Below, piece by piece: positions 57,519 to 64,000 of a stretch of DNA of 64,000 nucleotides. A program made the translations under genes and the position numbers. The DNA is from a virus: positions 1 to 64,000 of IMG/VR virus record IMGVR_UViG_3300036979_001044; one strand, 5' to 3'. The notes under the pieces were generated by a model. That model was not told the origin of the DNA and ran no database searches. It saw only the letters and a list, made by a program, of their open reading frames with translations. The stretch's first letter is position 1. Every line of letters starts with the position of its first letter.

Positions 57519-58088
57519 TTAACTCACCACAATCGCCCGAGACCGAGAGGTCTCGAAGATGCCCGAGTAGGTGATGGTGTCGGTGACCGTGGCTAGCACC
57601 GTCGATCCATCAGTGTCATAGATTTTCCAGACAATGGTAGTCGGCGAGATGCCAGTCCAGGTAATCAGCCTCTCAACGATCTTCTTGAGCTTCTCGCTGC
57701 TCTCCCACCAGATGATGGCCGTCGGAAATACCCATGTGCCAGTAACCTCGCGATAGGCTCCGGTCGCAAATCCCTCGGCAGGCCCCTCGTCGATGAAATG
57801 GATAAGCTGACGAAGCGCTTTATGGGTACTGGTGGTGATTCCCCCACCCAACTCGCTCAACTTCCAGCTCCCCGCGACTGGGTCGGTGAGTACCAGGTTG
57901 TCTTCGGCGTCGCGCTCGGAGGTCACTGCCTCATCATCGGAAGTTGCATTCTGGAAAGTCATTCCCCGAGCGTCAACGTAATCCTCATTCTGATCCATCG
58001 CAGTGGGGAATTCGTCCGTCTCGACCCCACCACTGGCAGGGTCCTCGAATTTTAGGGGGTGGACGCGATCCTTGACCATTGCCCCCAA
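57519..58088 (-). CDS. virion structural protein
   Basis: Thr-rich beta protein in the structural operon; start uncertain. Confidence 0.6.
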   Translation of the reverse strand: MGAMVKDRVHPLKFEDPASGGVETDEFPTAMDQNEDYVDARGMTFQNATSDDEAVTSERDAEDNLVLTDPVAGSWKLSELGGGITTSTHKALRQLIHFIDEGPAEGFATGAYREVTGTWVFPTAIIWWESSEKLKKIVERLITWTGISPTTIVWKIYDTDGSTVLATVTDTITYSGIFETSRSRAIVVS

Positions 58089-58107
58089 CCTAACTCAAAT
58101 CGGCATT

Positions 58108-58192
58108 AGGGACAAGCCGCTGGAGAAGAAAGCAGTGGCCCCAATGCTCAGAAAAATCGGGGGCCACTGCTTCCAGAAAAAGCGGAGTCCCT
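58108..58192 (-). terminator. long hairpin, probable terminator or structured RNA
   Basis: 13-bp stem AAGCAGTGGCCCC/GGGGCCACTGCTT plus outer stems; TTTCTTCT follows on the minus strand. Confidence 0.55.
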
Positions 58193-58229
58193 CCAGAAAG
58201 GGGAAATCCAGAAAAACCCCGCTACTATC

Positions 58230-59834
58230 TTAGGCGGACTTCTTGCCCAGATCCGTGATTTGAACGAACAGATCGCTCGCGCTGGCCGCGTAGCCAATGC
58301 GGATGACTCGCTTCGCTCCCGTGGGAATTGCGGTGACCAGGCCACCGCCGTCTCCCAGGTAGTAGGGGGTGTTGACCAGCGCGGTGGTGAGCACGCCGGA
58401 GCACAGCCCGGAGAAGCACACCGGACCGCTGCCGCTGGGGATAGCGATACGGGCGATACCGACCGTCCGCGCTTCCACATCCACCCCAGCGTCGGCCTTG
58501 GAGACCGTGTCGTTGGCCGAGAAGTAGACCGGATCGCCCTTGGCGATGGCCTCGCCCACGGCGTAGTCTTTCTCCAGTCTCTCGGACTCCGCCACCGCGG
58601 CAACCAACTGGTTGGAGCCGTTGATGGTGATGGTCGACCCATCGACTTTCGCCCCGAGCCCACTGGCGGTCAGCTCCAGTCCTCCGAGCGTGATCAGATT
58701 GACCTGGAACGCGCCCGACCCGTTGAACGCCAAACCGCCCGTTCCCACGCCCGCCGCGGCGAGCTTGGCCGAGACCACGCCCGCGGCGATTGCGAGACCC
58801 TTGTCGGTGTCGTAGGTAGCCTTGCCCTTGATGGTCCCACCGCCAGAGCCGCCATTCGCATCGGGGATGCTGTTCGGGCCCGTAAAAGCGGTCCAGGCCG
58901 AGGTGTCATAGACGAACCCGTAGTTTTCGTAGATGCCATTTTCACCCGCCACCAGAACAGCGTCTCCGTCGATCGGGGCGACAAACGACCAAGCGTTGGT
59001 GGTCGAGTTGTACGTCCCGAATTTGTTCTCCTGGCTGGCGAACGGGGCAGCCGCTCCGGTCCCGATGACCACCACCCGAGTCCCGTTGGGCGGCTCGGAG
59101 CCGGAGTTGGCGAGAACCACAACCCACGCCGTCCCGCTCCATTCCACGATGTCGCCGTTGGCGTAACCGGTGCCCCAGCCATTCACCAGCCAGGCTTCGC
59201 CAGCTGCGCCGGCGGTGGGCACGTCGTTGGTGCCAGCGTCGGTAGCATCGTCGATACCCAGCTCCAGCCAGTTCGCATGCGCCGACGTGATGGCAACGGT
59301 CGAACCCGTTCCTGTGGTGTTGCTCTGGATGTCGATCTGGTTGGCGGCGCCTTCTACCGCGATGGTTCCGCCGAGACCGCCACCGGTGCCGTACAGCGTG
59401 TTGATGGCCGTGATCGCTGCCGCGCGATCTACCGGGGCCGAAGCCAGGGTGATGACCACCGGGGTCTCGCCGTCGATCGCCACGGTGAAGGAGTTTCCGG
59501 TTGTCAAATTGACGATCCCAGTTCCACCCGACCCCACGACGAGCGCGCCGGTGGGCGTGCGCGCCGTACCGCTCTTCATCTTCAGGACCGAGACCGGGGA
59601 CTTCCAGCTGTAGCCAGCGATGGCTGCATCGAGCTGGGCCTTGTTGACGGCGTCGCCAGCGTCGGCGCCATTGGCCAAGCCGATGACCTTGCCGGTCCCG
59701 GAAAGCTGGATGTTGCCAGCCGACTCTGATCCGGCGCCGATCACCATGGAGGCGACCTTTACTCCATCGCTCGCTCCCTGCTCTTCGTTGTACCCGTCGG
59801 TACCGTTCAGAAATAGAAATTTCTTGATTGCCAT
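58230..59834 (-). CDS. head/neck fibre-like structural protein
   Basis: DAVNKAQLD neck motif, Gly-rich, C-terminal capsid-cement-like GEAI..GD.VY...A.A...GIA. Confidence 0.65.
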   Translation of the reverse strand: MAIKKFLFLNGTDGYNEEQGASDGVKVASMVIGAGSESAGNIQLSGTGKVIGLANGADAGDAVNKAQLDAAIAGYSWKSPVSVLKMKSGTARTPTGALVVGSGGTGIVNLTTGNSFTVAIDGETPVVITLASAPVDRAAAITAINTLYGTGGGLGGTIAVEGAANQIDIQSNTTGTGSTVAITSAHANWLELGIDDATDAGTNDVPTAGAAGEAWLVNGWGTGYANGDIVEWSGTAWVVVLANSGSEPPNGTRVVVIGTGAAAPFASQENKFGTYNSTTNAWSFVAPIDGDAVLVAGENGIYENYGFVYDTSAWTAFTGPNSIPDANGGSGGGTIKGKATYDTDKGLAIAAGVVSAKLAAAGVGTGGLAFNGSGAFQVNLITLGGLELTASGLGAKVDGSTITINGSNQLVAAVAESERLEKDYAVGEAIAKGDPVYFSANDTVSKADAGVDVEARTVGIARIAIPSGSGPVCFSGLCSGVLTTALVNTPYYLGDGGGLVTAIPTGAKRVIRIGYAASASDLFVQITDLGKKSA

Positions 59835-59948
59835 GCGGGTCTCCTTATTTCGGGTTGGATGTGCGGATGCTTAATGCAGTCTCCTGCATGTGAGCTAATG
59901 GTGGAACACTCAGCCGTCGAGACCAAGTGACAGCTAGATTGATGTGCC

Positions 59949-60365
59949 CTAACTGGGCAGCAGGCTCAAGGTCCCGGTGGCTTCATCGTATGAGTACAAG
60001 GATAGGTCTATCCCGTGTTTCTGCGCCAGAAATTCCTTGACCATTTTTATTTCCGCAATGTTTTCTGATTCTTCCTGGCTCAGACGTTGCATGGCTTTGT
60101 TGCGATCAGCCTGCACTTGCTGGATGGCCTGGGCCACTCGCGCCTCGAACCAAGCTGGGCGGGTTTGCTTCTCGACCAGGATTCGTTTCATCCGTTCTTC
60201 CAGAAAAACCAAGCGCAACACCGTGGCCGGATCGTCGATGCGCGTCTTGGCTTCCACCCGCTTTTCCAGTTCCTCCAGATTTTCTGGAATGGCTTCCTCG
60301 TCATTTTCATTTTCTGGAACATCCGCTGGGTCTAAACGACGTAGGGGGGTTCGCAGATCGTCCAT
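59949..60365 (-). CDS. coiled-coil hypothetical protein
   Basis: SD GGAGGAG. Confidence 0.65.
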   Translation of the reverse strand: MDDLRTPLRRLDPADVPENENDEEAIPENLEELEKRVEAKTRIDDPATVLRLVFLEERMKRILVEKQTRPAWFEARVAQAIQQVQADRNKAMQRLSQEESENIAEIKMVKEFLAQKHGIDLSLYSYDEATGTLSLLPS

Positions 60366-60393
60366 AGGTCTCCTCCGCGAAAAGGGTTACCAG

Positions 60394-60993
60394 CTAATCG
60401 GTACGGACCAACTTGGTCAAATGCGGGGAAGGGGTCAGAGCGATAATGCTCTCACCAATGGCCGCGCCCATATGCTGAAGCCAAGCTGGGCGCCCGGTGT
60501 CCGCAGTCGGAACCGCATGAGTGAGGCCTCCGTCTGATCCCAGAAAGACGGGCAAGGGTCGCTCCAGCCCACCGTAAACCCCGCTCAAAACCCCGCCGTA
60601 TTGCACCACGCAACTGGTCGCTGAAGCCTTGGATACGATGATCCCGATAGCAGGGAGAGTGGAATAGTCGTAGAGATCGCACTTGGTCACCTGGATGATT
60701 CCGCCCACCGGTGCCTCGCGCGAATAGATGCAGTCCCCTACCCGATCGGTCCCCAGGCATTGGGCCGGGAAGGCGTGCTGGGAAGCGAGTAGCTGCGAAA
60801 TGCTGATCGGTACCGGATCGTACCACTTGTTGGTTCCGATGATCTGCCGGATCTGGGAGAGCATGTACTCCAGAAAATCCTGATGGGTCTGGGAGGCGCT
60901 CTCGGACAGCTCTATCTGCTCGGGGGTTTTCTGATCGTCGAAGGATTGCGATTTGCGCGTCTCATAGAGGCGTAGGAGCTGGCGCGGAGCCAA
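60394..60993 (-). CDS. virion structural protein (capsid-cement-like C-terminus)
   Basis: GD.IY...AIGI...G.L..G...FL...G.L...P...Q..G.A; SD GGAGGT. Confidence 0.55.
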   Translation of the reverse strand: MAPRQLLRLYETRKSQSFDDQKTPEQIELSESASQTHQDFLEYMLSQIRQIIGTNKWYDPVPISISQLLASQHAFPAQCLGTDRVGDCIYSREAPVGGIIQVTKCDLYDYSTLPAIGIIVSKASATSCVVQYGGVLSGVYGGLERPLPVFLGSDGGLTHAVPTADTGRPAWLQHMGAAIGESIIALTPSPHLTKLVRTD

Positions 60994-61028
60994 AAGGCAC
61001 CTCCCGGAGAATCGGGTGTAGGCCTAGT

Positions 61029-61340
61029 CTATCCGCGACGCTGAAAAGCTACCAGCTCTATCGCACTGCTGCCGCCACTTCCGCGCAACCAGATTTTGCT
61101 CCCTTCCACTGGCCCGTCCCATTCCCCGTTGGGAGTGGAAGTGCTGGCCACCGGAACAAGCACGTAATTGGCGTCGGCAGTGAAATCCTCGACGGTGAAG
61201 TACAGCTTGCAGGGGTTGCTTGTGGCGCGCACCTTCAGGTACTTCGACACGAACGGAAACTGGTGCACCCGTCCCGCCGAGTTGTCGATGGTATCGCGGA
61301 ACACATGCGGTGCCCCGCCTCTGGATTCCATAAGGCTCAT
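61029..61340 (-). CDS. hypothetical virion protein
   Basis: SD AAGGAG; beta-rich. Confidence 0.65.
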   Translation of the reverse strand: MSLMESRGGAPHVFRDTIDNSAGRVHQFPFVSKYLKVRATSNPCKLYFTVEDFTADANYVLVPVASTSTPNGEWDGPVEGSKIWLRGSGGSSAIELVAFQRRG

Positions 61341-61362
61341 GCCCCGCTCCTTTCAGGCGCGC

Positions 61363-61704
61363 TTAGGCCGTCTGCCCCTTCAGCTTGCCGAAGAGCACCA
61401 CGTCCAGCACCTCGGACGTGGCCGGACCGACGATGGTGATCTGGGTGGTCTTGCGGTCGGACAGCGCCACCTTGCCCTGCTTCGACTCGGTGGTGTGATT
61501 GTGAATCTGCACCGCGTAGCTGGTGTCGGCCATGTCGCTCATCCCATGGGTCGCGAACACCACGATGCCGTCGGCGGGCATCTCCACCTGGTGGACCTGG
61601 ATGGACACTCCGTTCTTGAAGGAGCCGACCAGGTTGGGAATCCCCTGATCCTTCAGATAGGGGATGTACTCCTGTGCTTTTTTCGGCATGGTACTCGTTG
61701 CCAT
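61363..61704 (-). CDS. hypothetical virion protein
   Basis: SD AGGAGAG; beta-rich. Confidence 0.65.
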   Translation of the reverse strand: MATSTMPKKAQEYIPYLKDQGIPNLVGSFKNGVSIQVHQVEMPADGIVVFATHGMSDMADTSYAVQIHNHTTESKQGKVALSDRKTTQITIVGPATSEVLDVVLFGKLKGQTA

Positions 61705-61757
61705 TTCTCTCTCCTATCAGCCCCGGGGGCCGTCTGGATTTTATGTAGCTCTGGACA

Positions 61758-62093
61758 CTACCGCCGGCGAGGCTTCCCAACAGGCGGCCTGAACTCCGGC
61801 ACCGGCAACGGATCAGGCGTGACCACCGGCTCGGGCCGTGGCTTGTCCGGAATCGTGATCGGCCGCTCCACCGGAAGTTCCACTGGTTTCTCCTCGGCTT
61901 TCTCGACCGGTTTTACCTCCGGCACCGCCTGGCGATCGATGTGCACCCTCCAGGCCGCCCGGTTGAGCAACATCTTCTGGGCGTCGGCGTCGGCGACATT
62001 TCGGACGATGCCCTGTGCATCGGTTTTGTACTCATGCCCGTTGACCAGCACCGAAGCGTTGGCCATGTGCGGGAGTACGTTTTGGATGTCCAT
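61758..62093 (-). CDS. hypothetical protein with Pro/Glu-rich tail
   Basis: Conserved leader; post-capsid small gene. Confidence 0.65.
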   Translation of the reverse strand: MDIQNVLPHMANASVLVNGHEYKTDAQGIVRNVADADAQKMLLNRAAWRVHIDRQAVPEVKPVEKAEEKPVELPVERPITIPDKPRPEPVVTPDPLPVPEFRPPVGKPRRR

Positions 62094-62113
62094 GCTCGCT
62101 CTCCTTCCCCGGG

Positions 62114-62728
62114 CTAGACCCGCGCCGTGGGCTGGATGATGGCGTGCAGCACCTTGGCCCCGTTGTACGTCCCAGCGCTCGCGTCGATGCCGCTGATGGA
62201 GGTACCGATGGCCACCGTCGGGGTGGCGATGCGCGTGCCTCCCAGATAGACGTGGCGCACAGCGTCCACGTCGGGCACGTCGTAGGGCACGCCGATGACG
62301 TTGCCCACGCCGACCACCAGCATGTCCACGTCGACCTCAGCGCCGCTTGCCCCACTGACCACCACCGAGTCGATCAGGGCGAAGATCTTGGTGCCGGTCA
62401 GCGTCTTGCCCGCGCCCTCGCCGTCGGGGGCCATGGTCTCGACGATCGTCCGGCCCATCATGTCCTTGCCCGTGATGGTCAGCAGACCCACCACGCTATC
62501 GTCGGCGTCGGTCAGGGTGGCGGTGATGTTGCGCGGGCAGTCGGGCTGCGCCGCAATGGTCTTGGTGCCGTTGTTGAACAGGATCGTGGTAACGATCCGA
62601 TCGGCGTCGGCAAGGACCGGCTGGCCCATGAACAACGAGACCGAGCCGGCCAGGCTCTTGTGGATGAACTCTTCTTCCTCCTCGGAGGGGATGCGGGCTT
62701 TGACCGCATCGCTGATCGTGTTCTCCAT
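62114..62728 (-). CDS. putative capsid decoration protein
   Basis: Directly after the MCP; PD.PRNIT...ITG.D..G..I.E...TG.K.F. Confidence 0.6.
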   Translation of the reverse strand: MENTISDAVKARIPSEEEEEFIHKSLAGSVSLFMGQPVLADADRIVTTILFNNGTKTIAAQPDCPRNITATLTDADDSVVGLLTITGKDMMGRTIVETMAPDGEGAGKTLTGTKIFALIDSVVVSGASGAEVDVDMLVVGVGNVIGVPYDVPDVDAVRHVYLGGTRIATPTVAIGTSISGIDASAGTYNGAKVLHAIIQPTARV

Positions 62729-62838
62729 GGCTTGCTCTCTTTCTGGAATCTGGAAAAGGCGCCGGAGAACGCGGAGGGTAGCCGGCACTACTCCGGCGTC
62801 TCTTCCAGAAATGCTGTTTGTTCAGTCAACTCAACCGC

Positions 62839-63996
62839 TTAGGCGGCTCCCACGTACCCCGTCGCCCGGCCGATGTTCCTGTAGAGAACATTCTTGCCAG
62901 GTGTGTAAAGTACGGGAGTTCCGTACAGTAGCTGCATCCAGCGGATGCTGGAGTCGACGGTCGCGAGCGGGATCTTGATCATCGGGGCTAACTGCTTGAA
63001 ACTCATCGACTCCAGGTTGAGCTGCCAGAGGAAGGCGCTCGTGCACCCGGGCAGGTTCTCGTTGAAGTCGTTGATGATGGTCTCGCCCGCGCCGGCGGCG
63101 TTGGGCACCCGGAGGATGAGTCGCTCGGTGCCGGCCGCGCCGTTCTTCGCCGTCCGATAGATCTCGTACCACCCGGTCGAAGCCGAGGAAGGGGTCAGAC
63201 CGAAAGTGACCTTGTCACCCGCCTGCACGGTCACCGCGGCGGAGAGGGTCAGCGGAGCCGAGCGGCCGAAGCGATTCACCGCGACGACCTTGTAGCGGTA
63301 GTCGCCGGCATCGTCGGAGGAGAACTTGCCCAGCGCCTCGGTCGGGGCAGTGGCGCCAATGGTGTTGCTCGGGATGCCCGGGCGCTTGGTCTGGTCGCCC
63401 AAGGCTGCGGCGTTGGGGCCACCACCGTCGGTGATGAACACGTCGGGTTCGAACAGCACATCACCGGCTGGGCTGGTGAAACCCTTGACATCGAGGCCGA
63501 TGAAGCCGCCCTGTTTCTGGAAAGTGTCGTGGCGTTCCTTGGGGAAGAACGTCTTGACCAAGTCGGCCTTGGTCTTGGGATTGAGGTAGAGGTGAGTTGG
63601 TGTTCCGTAGTTCGGCGCGTCCTGGACCGTGAGCGCGCCGTCGGTGAGCAGATCCTCGCTCAGCGGCAGACCGCGGAGGTCGATGATGTTGGTCGCCGGG
63701 CACAGATCCTTCATCAGCTTCTCCATGCCGTCGAACTGGAGGGCGGACAGGGAGCTGTCCCCGTAGAACAGCGCCCGCTCCATGATCCGGAGCAGGTGCA
63801 TGGTGCCGTTGACCGTTTCCTGGGCCACAACATTCCCATGGGCCGGTTTCACTAAGCTCATGACATGACTGACTTTTCTCGTCGTCCCGAGGTACTTCAC
63901 GATGTGGTACTTCCGGGTGTAGATCGCGTCGTCCTCTTCGGGGAGATCTCCTTCGGAAATGAAGCCAGCGTCGGGGTTCGCCCCGTACTGGCTCAT
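62839..63996 (-). CDS. major capsid protein (5' part outside window)
   Basis: YG....F..EG.LP...D..Y.R....KYLG.TR.VS, E.ALFYGD..L...FDG, L.PM.K.PLA...LLYG; SPO1/Twort-type MCP. Confidence 0.9.
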   Translation of the reverse strand: MSQYGANPDAGFISEGDLPEEDDAIYTRKYHIVKYLGTTRKVSHVMSLVKPAHGNVVAQETVNGTMHLLRIMERALFYGDSSLSALQFDGMEKLMKDLCPATNIIDLRGLPLSEDLLTDGALTVQDAPNYGTPTHLYLNPKTKADLVKTFFPKERHDTFQKQGGFIGLDVKGFTSPAGDVLFEPDVFITDGGGPNAAALGDQTKRPGIPSNTIGATAPTEALGKFSSDDAGDYRYKVVAVNRFGRSAPLTLSAAVTVQAGDKVTFGLTPSSASTGWYEIYRTAKNGAAGTERLILRVPNAAGAGETIINDFNENLPGCTSAFLWQLNLESMSFKQLAPMIKIPLATVDSSIRWMQLLYGTPVLYTPGKNVLYRNIGRATGYVGAA

Positions 63997-64000
63997 TTCA

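Larger units (their letters stand above)
239..63522. repeat. genome-wide dispersed octamer TTCCAGAA/TTCTGGAA (~85 exact copies)
   Basis: Manual scan; e.g. 239, 281, 3377, 3385, 7795, 11713, 15931, 15943, 24058, 25780, 32114, 38573, 38759, 50768, 50783, 60282, 62741, 62803. Confidence 0.92.

Noticed and set aside
58260-59729. Long plus-strand ORFs (also 39146..40333, 22257..23249, 19413..20294, 61168..62139)
   Set aside because: Antisense shadows of well-supported minus-strand genes in GC-rich DNA; no motifs or RBS
1-64000. Frequent GATC/CGATCG as a HIP1-like repeat
   Set aside because: Plausibly explained by ATC/GAT/GAC codon usage; not quantifiable by eye and far less striking than the octamer
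1-64000. Octamer as eukaryotic heat-shock element, Chi/KOPS site or stoperator
   Set aside because: No extended nGAAn arrays, a prokaryotic phage context, and no strand polarity
1-64000. Stop-codon reassignment, tRNA genes, integrase or att sites
   Set aside because: Standard code gives full-length genes using all three stops; no cloverleaf or integrase recognised

Overview
This window is a 64-kb slice of a large, GC-rich (roughly 60% by eye) contractile-tailed dsDNA phage. Essentially all credible genes lie on the minus strand. Read right to left, it carries four blocks. (1) A morphogenesis block in SPO1/Twort-like order: major capsid (partial), head decoration/fibre proteins, head-tail adaptor/neck, tail sheath, tube, chaperones with a likely +1 frameshift, tape measure, baseplate hub, spike, LysM-gp25 fusion, baseplate J, LamG and tail-fibre proteins. 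(2) A small membrane/lysis-like cassette. (3) A ~700-bp non-coding, repeat- and hairpin-rich putative replication origin at ~25.1-25.8 kb. (4) A replication/recombination block: SF2 helicase, DnaB, primase, RHH, MoxR AAA+/VWA pair, sigma-like protein, DUF2924, intein-containing PolA, UvsY-like protein, gp32-like SSB with long Pro-rich tails, RecA, FmdB Zn-ribbon, SbcD/SbcC and RuvC. The most striking unexplained signal is the octamer TTCCAGAA/TTCTGGAA. I counted about 85 exact copies by eye, against roughly 1 expected. They occur in both orientations and all reading frames, and cluster in helical phase at the putative origin. The phage also encodes several candidate DNA-binding proteins (Myb/SANT-like, AT-hook, DUF2924, RHH). 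Other highlights: a PolA intein whose HNH endonuclease is encoded in a nested +1 frame, a bipartite promoter-like motif shared by two sites (one precedes a candidate structured sRNA), an unannotated Cys-rich microprotein, and a stand-alone response regulator inside the virion module. All assignments come from motif recognition by eye; no database searches were run.
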